This document shows, piece by piece, positions 1-12,054 of a DNA stretch of 17,445 nt. The notes under the pieces are model-generated. The model was not told the origin of the DNA and made no database searches. It was given only the letters and a program-made list of their open reading frames with translations. Numbering within the stretch: the first letter of the stretch is position 1; each line of letters starts with the position of its first letter. The position numbers were made by a program, and so were the translations under genes. The stretch is from Rhodospirillales bacterium (GTDB lineage Bacteria; Pseudomonadota; Alphaproteobacteria; Bin95). The stretch spans positions 1 to 17,445 of the forward strand of contig JAYQLI010000031.1 in the NCBI GenBank assembly GCA_038143065.1, given 5' to 3'.

Positions 1-161
1 TTACTTTATAGTTTGAAAAGTATTCCAAAATTAATTTTCAAAAGGTGAAGAGCTTTAATAGAGATTTATTTCCGGCAATGTATGGCTCCATGTTTTCCAA
101 GTGAATTCAATATTTTGTTTCAACGAACCTAACTTTTCTCAGTTTTCTACATTGGTCGAAA

Positions 162-217
162 TGGGCTCAAAGCAGCACTTCGCTGCATGATCATCTAACG
201 ACTGCTGCGCGGACAAA
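162..217 (+). repeat. Intergenic palindromic repeat, copy 1
   Basis: TGGGCTCAAAGCAGCACTTCGCTGCATGATCATCTAACGACTGCTGCGCGGACAAA is identical to 5191-5248 except for two 1-nt indels. It contains the hairpin GCAGC-ACTTC-GCTGC. A second related unit follows (TTCGCTGC at 179 and again at 225, 46 bp apart). Confidence 0.93.
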
Positions 218-377
218 GTGTGAATTCGCTGCGGCTGCACCATGGTCCGCTTTGATTGCCAGATCTATTGGATGCGAAAATTGGTTGGTTTGACCATACC
301 CGCACGAAACGGGTCGTCATCCATGGTTCCGCTGGAGTATCAAGAGACAGCAATAAGAGAAATTGGACTAGCCCGAA

Positions 378-1301
378 ATGATCAAGCCCACACCTCTGAC
401 TTTAGATCTGAATTCAACTATCATGCTGTTGCTGTTGGCAGCCGTTTGGGGAGGTTCGTTTTTCTTTGGAGAAATTGCTCTGCGTGAGGTTCCGCCGCTC
501 ACCATCACCCTTCACCGGGTCGCGTGGGCATTGCCAATACTGGCGTTGATTGTTCTCTTCAAAGGAATTTCCGTTCCGCGTTCCCCAAAAATTTGGGGAG
601 CTTATCTAGTAATGGGTGCCCTCAACAACACTATTCCGTTCTCACTGATATTTTGGGGACAGACGCAGATTGAGAGCGGGCTGGCGTCCATTCTCAACGG
701 GACGACTGCTATGTTTGCAGCGGTTGTAGCTGGGTTATTACTTCGCGAAAGAGCCTTTGACTGCAAAAGATAATTGGTGCTGCTTTGGGCATTGCCGGGG
801 TGGCTTTCATAATGGGTCCAAGCGCTTTGACCGACTTTAACCCAAGCAATCTCGCTCAACTTGCCATACTTGGCGCAACTCTCTCTTACGCGTTTGCCGG
901 TGTCTGGGGAAAGATCGCGCTTGCTGGTCAACCGCCACTCATGAACGCATTTGGTATGTTGACCGGTAGCACTCTGTTGATAATCCCAATTGTCATTGTG
1001 TTTGATGGCCCACCAAATCTAGAACTCTCAGCAAGCGTCTGGGGCGCTCTGATTGGGATGGCTGCTTTGTCGACTGCACTTGCATATGTGCTCTACTTTG
1101 CCATTCTAGTACGAGCTGGGGCCGCCAATCTTTTAATGGTCACCTTGCTCATTCCACCATTCGCCATTGGACTTGGTGTTTTGTTTCCTTGGTGAACAAA
1201 TGGGACTGGAAGCGTGGATTGGTTTTGCAATTATTAGCTTAGGTTTTGCCGTGACAGATGGGCGCTTGTTTTCGATCTTTTCCAGAAACTCTATAACCTG
1301 A
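378..1301 (+). CDS. EamA/DMT family transporter (frameshifted in read)
   Basis: ORFs 378-773 and 785-1195 plus a tail to TGA at 1299-1301 join into a ~10-TM protein. DMT motifs: LAAVWGGSFFF, IPFSLIFWGQTQIESGLASILNGT, STALAYVLYFAILVRAGA, VTLLIPPFAI. Confidence 0.9.
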
Positions 1302-1337
1302 CCAGCAATTAGTTCAGATTATAACATTTGGTAAAGA

Positions 1338-1358
1338 GGGCTCTAATCTGCCATTTGC
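1338..1358 (+). repeat. Partial copy of the boundary repeat
   Basis: GGGCTCTAATCTGCCATTTGC matches the start of the 11754 copy (GGGCTCTCGGCTGCCATTCGC) at 17/21 positions. It lies between the DMT gene and the AT-rich pstS upstream region. Confidence 0.55.
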
Positions 1359-1575
1359 CCAAATCCTGCGCAGGCACTGTAACGCTTTTGGACCGAAATA
1401 TCTCGCCTATCTAATATCTAGAATCACACGCACTGGCCTTTGGGAAAGCTATCCAAGTTATCAAAGCTTTGTTGAAATTTTATGGCGTCATAAGCTTTAT
1501 AAAACCTACAATAAAATTACTAACCTGATCACAATAGAATTATCTTAAAAATCAAGTAGTTTTGCTTTAAACAAA

Positions 1576-1615
1576 CGTTCATCAAACTTTTACAAAACTG
1601 TCATTTCAATTTTAC
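1576..1615 (+). promoter_or_regulatory. Tandem Pho boxes (PhoB sites) upstream of pstS
   Basis: Four heptamers at exact 11-bp spacing: CGTTCAT (1576), CTTTTAC (1587), CTGTCAT (1598, consensus) and ATTTTAC (1609), with A/T-rich 4-nt spacers, ~80 bp upstream of pstS. Confidence 0.8.
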
Positions 1616-1697
1616 AAACCTTTATTAGCCAGCGGGTATTCGAGCAATCGGCTCGCGTCTGTTTAAAAGTCTATAACAAGGAATGATTTGACCCCTT

Positions 1698-2704
1698 TTG
1701 AAAATAGCAGTCTCAACATTAACTGCAGTTTCATTATCAGCGAGTTTTGCTTTTGCTCGCGATAACGTACATGCGGCAGGTTCATCAACGGTGCTACCTT
1801 ACGCCGCAATCGTCGCTGAAGCTTTTGGAGAAAATTTTGATTCTCCTACACCGCTGATCGAGTCTGGTGGTTCTGGAGCGGGTCGTAAAAAAATGTGCGA
1901 AGGGGTTGGCGCCAATACAACAGATATTGCGAACTCATCCAGCCGGATAAAGCAGAGTGACATAGATAATGCACATCAGGTGTGACCGATATTATGGAAG
2001 TGCGTATTGGGTACGATGGCATAGTATTCGCAAGCCGTTTGGAGACCAAAGGTTTTGAAAACCTAACACCGATGCACATTTATTTGGCGGCAAGTGACAA
2101 GTCTAATGCATCTAATTGGCAAGCCATAGATCCTGCTATGCCAGACCGTGAAATCATGTTGTTTATCCCAGGAACAAAGCATGGAACTCGTGAAGTATTT
2201 GAGAAGAAAGTAATGTTGGCAGGCTGTAAGAAGGCCGGTTCTTATGATTTGTTCTTCAAACAGAATGGCGGAGATAAAAAGAAGGCCGAGAAAGAGTGCT
2301 TCAAAGTTCGCACCGACGGTCGTTCTGTAGATATTGACGGCGACTATACCGAGACTTTGGCACGTTTGGCATCAAATCCAAACGGCATTGGTGTTTTCGG
2401 TTTAAGCTTTCTATTGAATAATACTGACACGATATATGCAGCAAAGATAAATGGAGTTGAAGCTTCAACGGAGACCATTGCAAGTGGTGTCTATCCAGTG
2501 TCTCGCCCTCTGTATTTTTACGTCAAAATGCAACATTTGGGAGTGATCCCAGGATTGCAGGAATATGTTGATTTCTTCGTTAGCGATGAAATCGCAGGTC
2601 CAGACGGCCCACTGTCTGAATACGGCTTGGTTTCCGATCCTAAATTGGCGGCTACTCAAGCCATGGTTGCAGACGGTGGAACTAAAATGGGTCCGTTGAA
2701 TTAA
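1698..2704 (+). CDS. pstS: Phosphate ABC transporter substrate-binding protein PstS (one frameshift near 1980)
   Basis: Signal peptide (…ASFAFA-RDNV). PstS motifs: AGSSTVLPYA, ESGGSGAG, DIANSSSRI, EVRIGYDGIVFA, KHGTREVFE, YPVSRPLYFYVK. ORFs 1698-1985 + 1982-2704. Start codon approximate. Confidence 0.92.
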
Positions 2705-2725
2705 TCGAAACAAGATTACTGAAGT

Positions 2726-2762
2726 GAGCGCGCTGTACAGAGTGCGCTCTTTTCGTTTGTTC
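2726..2762 (+). terminator. Intrinsic terminator after pstS
   Basis: Stem GAGCGCGCT / AGTGCGCTC (one G-U pair) with a 6-nt loop, followed by TTTTCGTTTGTTT, about 20 nt after the pstS stop. Confidence 0.8.
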
Positions 2763-2852
2763 TAAACTGAATATTTCTTTCTAGGTCCAATTCGGGACCC
2801 AAAAGCCGGTATTATAGCTAATGAAGCTCAACGTTGATGAAAAGTTAAGCCG

Positions 2853-3840
<988 letters not shown>

Positions 3841-3844
<4 letters not shown>

Positions 3845-5094
3845 GAGACACTCCGGCGCGGCCCAAGGGTCTGTCTGCCTATATCGCAACGGTGGCCTAT
3901 TGGGCTTTCATGCTGACCGATGGTGCTTTGCGGATGCTGGTGCTGCTGACTTTCACGCTTGGGTTTTCGCCGGTGCAACTGGCATACTTATTCGTGCTTT
4001 ACGAAATCGCAGGCATGGTCACTAACATTTGTGCAGGATGGATCGCTGCAAGGTTCGGGCTGACATCGACACTTTTTGCAGGTCTTGGCTTGCAGGTTTT
4101 GGCGTTGTTGGCCATGGCGCAACTTGATCCTACATGGGTGGTCGGCGCGTCGGTTGTCTACGTGATGCTGGTCCAAAGGCGCGAGCGGTATGGCAAAGGA
4201 CCTTGCCAAGATGTCATCCAAGTCTGCCGTCAAACTGCTTGCGCCGTCGGGTGACGGAGGCCTGTTCCGCTGGGTCGCCATCCTTACCGGTTCAAAAAAC
4301 ATGGTGAAGGGGTTGGGCTTTCTTCTCGGGGCTTCACTGCTGGCCACGCTAGGCTTTGTCTGGTCGATGCTTGGGATGGCCGCTATTCTGGTTGTAATTT
4401 TGCTCGTTATCCTGATTGCCATGCCCGCCGGTCTGCCTAAGGGCCGCAAGGGCGTCAAGTTTTCTGAGGTATTTTCAAATTCGACTAACGTGAATTGGCT
4501 CAGTGCCGCTCGGGTGTTCCTGTTCGGCGCGCGCGACGTCTGGTTTGTTGTTGGCATCCCGATCTATTTTTATGCGGTCCTTTCGGACGGTACAACCGCG
4601 GGAAATCGCACAGCCTTCTTTCTGATCGGCACGTTCATGGCATTTTGGGTGATCCTCTATGGCTTGATACAGGCCAACGCCCCGCCATTTTGCGTGCAAG
4701 GACGCGGCCCACAGATGAGCTGATAAAAGCCGCACGCGATTGGGCGTGGAGCCTCGCCGCAATTCCGGCCATTCTAACAGGCATTGCGATCATCGCGGGC
4801 GAGCCGCAGCTTTGGTTGACGATCAGCCTCCTGGCAGGGCTTCTGATCTTCGGCATTGTTTTCGCGGTGAACTCATCACTTCACTCCTACCTCATTTTTG
4901 CTTTTCACCAAGGCAGAGCGGGTTACGATGGATGTAGGCTTCTATTACATGGCCAATGCGGCGGGCCGTCTGGCAGGAACGTTATTATCCGGCCTTACCT
5001 ATCAGATTGGTGGGTCCATTGATGCTGCGGCGTAGCGGCGTTCATGGTTGCGCTTTCGGCAATGATGGTTGGGTTTCTGACGCCAGAGCGTTAG
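3841..5094 (+). CDS. arsJ: Organoarsenical efflux MFS transporter ArsJ (frameshifted in read)
   Basis: ArsJ signature segments: [102 protein letters not shown]. Located directly downstream of gap. Confidence 0.93.
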
Positions 5095-5190
5095 TATCCA
5101 TCATCATTGTGGCTATCGGTCCAAGATAGATAACCAGCAAACAGTTTTTCGGGAAAGCTGGCATTAATGCATCGCGCAGCATTCAGCTTT

Positions 5191-5248
5191 TGGGCTCAAA
5201 AGCAGCACTTCGCTGCATGAGTCATCTAACGACTGCTGCGCGGACAAA
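5191..5248 (+). repeat. Intergenic palindromic repeat, copy 2 (direct repeat of 162-217)
   Basis: TGGGCTCAAAAGCAGCACTTCGCTGCATGAGTCATCTAACGACTGCTGCGCGGACAAA. Same orientation as copy 1, between the convergent ends of arsJ and the SBP56 operon. Confidence 0.93.
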
Positions 5249-5337
5249 CCGGGCTTGTGCAAACGCAGCATTTTCTGGCTTTCGCAGCGGTGAATTTACG
5301 GCGATTCAATAGACATTGCCAAAGCGTTCATTGGGCA

Positions 5338-6019
5338 TCATTGATGACCTAAAAATGCAGAATAAACGCCAAATGCCCCGACAGTAATTAGGCTGAGCGC
5401 CCAAAGTAAATCAAGATTGAACCAACTTTTGAAATACAAACCAAACCAAGTGTAGACAAGATCGCAATCGCAGCACCTGCAAAAAGTCATCGCAAAGGTG
5501 TGGGTTGCGGCCACTAAAAAGGCTGTCGTTATATTGTTGCTCATGAGCACTTGTGCAGCGGCATGACCTGTTTCTGACACACTTTCGCCCAGCACTAAAA
5601 GCCGCAAATACCAAGATAAATAGGCACCAGCATTAGTCCCGCACCATGGGCAGTGGCGGCCAGAAACGACCAGAGCCCTAGCTTGGCAGGATGGATGCGG
5701 GCTAGAATTTTCAGGTGTCGCCGATTGATCAAAAGATAGATCCCCATCGCAATCACTAGCGCGCCTGCACCCATCCGAATTTCACGCTCGTTATTGACTA
5801 AGAAATACATCATTGAAAACGGCAGCAAGATGACAATCATCGCCAGAAAATGACCAGTCGCAAGCATTGCACTGGCTTTGATCATGGCGCTTTTCTTGCG
5901 TTCGAAAATAGAGCCGCTGGGAGCAGCCAGAGGCCATCCCCATACCAGGGTTTACGCCATGGTATATACCCGAAAAAATGACGGCCCGCCAAAGGGGCCG
6001 TCGCAGTCATGGTTTCCAT
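5338..6019 (-). CDS. Conserved His-containing integral membrane protein encoded directly after SBP56 (frameshifted in read)
   Basis: ATG at 6019 lies 3 nt after the SBP56 stop. Joined frames give …SGIYHGVN-GMGWPLA…GHFLAMIVILLPF…FLAATAHGAGLMLVPIYLGIC…GHAAA…THTFAM…SWFNLDLLWALSLITVG, about 6 hydrophobic segments. ORFs 5595-5885 and 5338-5607. Confidence 0.8.
5971..6002 (-). terminator. Terminator-like hairpin just after SBP56, inside the 5' end of the membrane-protein gene
   Basis: Perfect 8-bp stem GACGGCCC (5980-5987) / GGGCCGTC (5995-6002) with a 7-nt loop, followed on the minus strand by ATTTTTT. Confidence 0.5.
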
Positions 6020-6022
6020 ATT

Positions 6023-7432
6023 TTATACAGAGGGGTAACAGAAACTATCGGTGGAACAATCGCCGCCTTCCAGACGAATTTGGTGGGCCCGGGTGTTCTC
6101 TGGGAAGTCAATGTAGAAGTCAGGATCAAGGGCAAAACTGCCATCTTCTCCAACATTCGCCATCACCATTTGCCCGCCTTCCTGATGCGGATAGAACTGG
6201 TTGTCCCATGAAGAATAAAGCGAATTTGTCCAATACACTCTTTTCCGTCGCGGCTGATCTCGACCATTTGCGGTCCGTAGATAACCTCCTTGCCGTTAGG
6301 GTGCTTATGTTCGGTGGCGATACCGCCAAGTTGCACCTTACCGTTGAGCACGGGGTTCATTGGATCAGATACATCATATTGATGCATCTCGCCCAAGCCC
6401 CAACAGGCGACATAAAGGTATTTATCGTCAAGGCTCAGGTCGATATCAGTGACCAAGGGTGGCACGGCTCCGAAGCCTTTAAGCAAATCAGGAAGGTTTT
6501 CTGGATCTTCCGGGCGTGGATCGATCGTGATCGTCTTCTTGGATTGCCACACACCATCATCACCACGCCACCAGGTAAAAATCGCGCCTTGTAAGTTTGT
6601 TGTATCAACCACGACACCGCAGAACCCATAAGATTTGGTCGGATCATGGGCAGGGCGGATCTCTAACGCCATCTGGTAGTTTTCACCGAAATCCATCGTT
6701 TGGATGTTTTTGCGTGCGCGCAGATCCCAGAAGTGGATCGAGATGGCCGTATTTGTTTGACAGTAAATCTTCTGGTACAACGCCATTTTCATATTGGGGC
6801 GGCAGACCTCATTCAGATACTGACCATATAGTCTTGTGGCAGGTTCCACCAGAAATCGTAATGTTTGTCTTGTGCACCGCGATCCATTTCGTAGCGACCG
6901 ATAATTTCAAATGTTTCACAATCCATGATGAAAATACCGGGAGGGGCCGTCTGTGCCATCAGCTCCGCCTCCACCAAGAGTTGATACATAAATCCCTTCA
7001 GGCCCACAATGAATTGTATGGGGACGCGAATACCCTGTCTTTTCGAACAGTTCTTCCGGTTCAATAATTTTTATGAATATGAGCCTTTAGTGGATCTTTG
7101 ACATCAAAGATAAAAATACGCGACGAGCGAATGCCTGGTACGATCAGATAGCGGCGTTCTAAAAATGCATGGCCCGATAAGGGCGACAGAGATGATGAAC
7201 ACGCGTTCCAGCCAAAGTGGTGAAATTCGTCCCCAGTGGTTTCAGTCATCACCTTATGAACAATCTCGCCATAGGTTTTCGACCCTTTGCGCAGGTCAAT
7301 AACGGCTAGTCCATCGTGTTGATCAGCGTCTTTGCCCAGCATTACCGTAAATGCAAAATTTTCAGGTGGTGCTTGCATCGCTAGTTTTGCGGATGCATGA
7401 AATGTTGGATCCGGCTTCATCGGTTTATTCAT
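6023..7432 (-). CDS. Selenium-binding protein SBP56/SELENBP1 family, methanethiol oxidase-like, no signal peptide (frameshifted in read)
   Basis: Fragments 7061-7432, 6813-7064, 6163-6849 and 6023-6238 join to ~465 aa. SELENBP1-like motifs: GDEFHHFGWNACSS, SSRIFIFDV, YSRPHTIHCG, HYDFWW, LEIRPAH, TDIDLSLDDKYLYVACW, GPQMVEISRDGK, GGDCSTD. RBS GGAGG upstream. Confidence 0.93.
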
Positions 7433-7497
7433 CGATCTTCCTCCCTAAGTTATTCCCCGCTCATTGGGGTTTGATACATCATTTCCGCGGTTCCTCA

Positions 7498-8256
7498 TTA
7501 GACCTCGGCCACGTTGCATAGTTGAATGGCACCGCCGATCTTTGTTGCAAGCTGTGTCAGCTGACGGCCGATATTATGTCTGTAATCTGTGCCGAACCTG
7601 CGTACGGGTCCGACTGCGCCGACGCTAAAGGTGGCACCGATATTCCCGATTGTTATTGGGGCGGCAACGCTTGAGATGCCAATGTCAATCTCTTGATCGC
7701 AATCGGCAAAACCTTGCTTTCGGATGATATCGAACTCTGCAAGCAGGTCTTCTCGCGTCGCCTTTGTGTGGTCTGTATAGGCTTGAAGACTTCCTTGCAA
7801 AATTTTGTCTTGAAAGTTTTGTTCTGTGAAGGCTGCGATTGCCTTTGAACAAGAACAGGCATGCATCGGGCGTTCACCAAGCCCCTGGATGGATGAAGGC
7901 ACGGGCGGGATCGTCCGGTGTTTCGACATGAATAATTTCCACTTTGCCATCTCGGAAGCGTGCCAGAAACACAGTTTCATTGAATTTGGTAGCGGCCACT
8001 TTGAGAAGGGCGCCACAAACTTTGCGGCGCACATCCACTCGGATTTTCCCAATGAACAATGCGGATCAGCCGTTCACCAATCACATAGCGCCGTCTTGTT
8101 TGGTTGCCTTCGATCGACCTTTGTTGCTGTGTTTGCATCAAGCGATCGCAGGTTGGCGGCAGCCCGCACTTGCTATCTGCGCTTCGGTTGCGCTGATCGG
8201 ACGACCGACGACGGCGACATTTCAAAAAACAAATGAATAAGACGTTCTAGATGCAC
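7498..8256 (-). CDS. IclR family transcriptional regulator (frameshifted in read)
   Basis: N-terminal HTH (…GLPPTCDRLMQT…) and IclR effector domain (RPMHACSCSKAIAAF, LQAYTDHT, IRKQGFADCDQEIDIGISSVAAPI, SVGAVGPVRRF). GTG start at 8256 is inferred. Confidence 0.88.
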
Positions 8257-8279
8257 CTTCAAAGGTACCTATTGAAATA

Positions 8280-8304
8280 TGAGACACTTTCTCAGATGAT
8301 GAGA
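8280..8304. promoter_or_regulatory. Candidate IclR operator in the divergent intergenic region
   Basis: TGAGA-CACTT-TCTCA-GATGA-TGAGA: three alternating half-sites with 5-nt spacers in the ~90-bp gap between the IclR gene and frmA. Confidence 0.55.
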
Positions 8305-8347
8305 GCCAGATCATGGAAAAAATCAAGCAATTTTGCTAAGGAGAAAA

Positions 8348-9455
<1,108 letters not shown>

Positions 9456-9457
9456 AA

Positions 9458-10329
9458 ATGCGGCAGTCCTCTCCCGAGGTGCATACGTTCTTTGATGAAG
9501 CCACGAACGCGGCTTGCCATATCGTAAAAGACCCAGCTTCAAACGCTGTGGCGATTATCGATTCCATCTTGATTTTGACGCCGCAGCTGGCAGTATCGAA
9601 ACGACCCATGCCGATAAGCTGATCGATGAAATCACGCGAAATGACTGGCAGGTCGCTTGGATACTCGAGACCCATGTGCACGCCGATCGCCTGTCTGTTG
9701 CACCCTACCTGGCCGAAAGCTGGGTGGCAAAAATTGCGATAGGAGCCAATATAACCGCCGTTCAAAAAGTTTTGGCCAAGACAATGCAGGTACCGCACCG
9801 AATTTGAGATGGACGGCAGCCAATTCGACAGATTGTTCGCAAATGGGGATATTGACATCGGTAACCTTAATGTCTCAGTGATGCACACGTCGCTGGGCAT
9901 ACGCCTGCCTGTATAACCTACGTCATCGGCGATGCTGCCTTTATCGGTGACACGTTGACTATGCCCGATTTTGGCTGCCGCTCGTGCAGTTTCCGGGCGG
10001 GTCTGCAACCAATCTTTATGCTTCTATCCAACGCATATTAAAGTTGCCTGAAGAGACGCGCTTGTTCTTGTGCCACGACTACAAAACCAAAACGCGTGAG
10101 ACGTTCTGCTGGCAAACAACAGTAGCAGAACAAAAAGGCAAAAAACGTTCATGTCGGTGGTGGCAAATCCGAAAAAGAATTCGTTGACTTTCGGACCAAG
10201 CGGGATGCGCAATTGGCAATGCCGAAACTTATCATTCCATCAATTCAAGTGAACATGAATGCAGGCCACATGCCTGCCGCTGATATGGACGGAGACGTCT
10301 ACCTGAAAGTGCCAATTAACAAACTGTAA
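9458..10329 (+). CDS. pdo: MBL-fold persulfide dioxygenase (PDO/Blh, ETHE1-like; frameshifted in read)
   Basis: Motifs: FFDEATN, IIDSILDFD, WILETHVHAD, GHTPAC, AAFIGDTL-MPDFG-AR--FPGG, TRLFLCHDY, RDAQLAMPKLIIPSIQVNM, YLKVPINKL*. Starts 2 nt after the frmA stop. Confidence 0.88.
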
Positions 10330-10364
10330 AGCTCGTTAGGGCAAGGGTTGAGGCCCCTAATATA

Positions 10365-11578
10365 ATGGCAGATCATCAAATACTTATCGTAGGTGGCGGA
10401 GCCGCGGGTATCGCAACGGCAGCCAGCCTGCATAAACGGGACGCGTCTCTGGATATAGCTATTATCGAGCGCTCAACGACCCATTACTACCAGCCAGGCT
10501 GGACCATGGTGGGTGCGGGCGTTTTCAAAAGAAGAAACGGCACGATCCACGGCCAGTGTCATGCCTTCTTATGTGACACAAATAAGAGGGACCGTTGCAT
10601 CGTTTCAACCAGATGAGAATAGCGTCAGGCTTGAAGATGGAAAGGTGCTTACTTACGGCTCTCTCGTAGTGGCGGCGGGGCTTAAGCTAGATTGGGCTGC
10701 GATTGAGGGGCTTGAGGAAGCGCTTGGTCGAAACGGTGTGACCTCGAACTACCGATATGATCTTGCACCCTACACATGGGAACTGGTTCAAAAAATGCGC
10801 GGGGAAAAAGCTATTTTCACCCAACCGCCTATGCCGATCAAATGCGCAGGCGCGCCGCAAAAAGCAAATGTACTTGTCATGCTCAACCTGGATGCAGGTG
10901 GGTAAAATCAAAGATATCGATGTGTCATTCTCGCAATGCAGGGCCGGTCCTCTTCGGCTGCGCGATTATGTGCCTCCGCTAATGGAATATGTTGACCGCT
11001 ACGGTATAAATCTCGACTTTGGGGTATAATCTGGTGAAGGTCGACGGCCCCAATCAGATAGCAACCTTCAAGGTGGCCAAAGAAGGCGAAGACCCGCGGC
11101 TGGTAGAGCGCAAATTTGATATGCTGCATGTCTGTCCACCCCAATGCGCGCCAGACTTTATCAAAGACAGCCCCCTTGCAAACGAAGCTGGCTGGATGGC
11201 TGTTGACCAATCGACGATGCAAAGCACTATCGCCCCAAATATCTTTGGCCTTGGGGATGTGACCTCAACCCCAAATGCCAAAACAGCAGCCGCCGCGCGT
11301 AAACAAGCCCCAATTGTGGCTGACAATCTGATTGCGCAGATGAAGGAAGCTGCGATGCCGCAAGCCTATGATGGGTATGGATCGTGCCCGTTAACCGTCG
11401 AACACGGCAAAATTATTTTGGCAGAGTTCGGTTATGGTGGAAAACTCATGCCCAGCTTTCCGTGGGACAGCACAAAGCCAAGGCGCGCCGCATGGTTCCT
11501 AAAAAGTCAGTTCTGCCCTGGATCTATTGGAATGCCATGTTGAAAGGCAAAGAATGGCTGGCAAAAACGACCTCTTAG
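10365..11578 (+). CDS. sqr: Sulfide:quinone oxidoreductase, type II-like flavoprotein (frameshifted in read)
   Basis: Motifs: IVGGGAAG, HYYQPGWTMVGAG, NGVTSNY, redox cysteines in IKCAGAPQK and YDGYGSCPL, FGLGDVTSTPNAKTAAAARKQAP, LAEFGYGG, YWNAMLKGKEW. Confidence 0.9.
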
Positions 11579-11753
11579 ATTAGCGCTTTAAGGGTTGTCA
11601 TGTTCGAATTCGTCCGAAAAACGCTATGGACGTTTAAAAGTATTATGCGAGCCAAATGAACGATGGGCTCTAACGCGGTAGTTTGACATGACAACACGCG
11701 AATACAAAATTTTAGGTGCTGCGAGCGCGCAGCACGTGGGCGAATTCGCAGTA

Positions 11754-11810
11754 TGGGCTCTCGGCTGCCATTCGCTGCGTGATCACATCTAACGGCTACT
11801 ACGCAAGGAC
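11754..11810 (+). repeat. Diverged copy 3 of the boundary repeat
   Basis: TGGGCTC-TCG-GCTGCCA-TTCGCTGC-GTGATCA-CATCTAACG-GCTACTACGCAAGGAC shares TGGGCTC, TTCGCTGC, CATCTAACG and GGAC in order with copies 1 and 2. Further fragments: ATGGGCTCTAA at 11663 and AAAAGCAGCCGTTCG at 11921. Confidence 0.8.
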
Positions 11811-12054
11811 CTAGCCGACCTTGCGTACTATTGAGATCGACGGCCGGTTTCGGTGCATCGCGACCCCGCCGATGAATTCGGTTCGAGATTGATCCGGTGT
11901 ATGCATCGCGTCAAACTAGCAAAAGCAGCCGTTCGAGCAAATTTTAGCGAAATTCACCTTCAGATGATTGAGTTGCAGGACAAAGTTGCGGTTTGCGAAG
12001 CCTAAACTAGCAGCTGCTTTGCTCGTGTAGGCCATCGCCAGAAGCCATCCTTCA

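Noticed and set aside
1-150. AT-rich stretch, possibly the end of a neighbouring gene
   Set aside because: Too short, with no recognisable reading frame or motif to call.
162-260. CRISPR array, tRNA or integron attC interpretation of the repeats
   Set aside because: There is no repeat-spacer periodicity or cas gene, no cloverleaf, and no clear attC R''/R' core sites or integrase in the window.
242-487. 81-aa ORF upstream of and overlapping the DMT gene
   Set aside because: It starts inside the repeat element, overlaps the DMT gene out of frame and has no recognisable features.
5878-6594. Long antisense/alternate ORFs (5878-6594, 3196-3747, 3988-4557, 9430-10008, 13380-13865, 16559-17083)
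   Set aside because: They are shadows of well-supported genes on the opposite strand, with no recognisable motifs.
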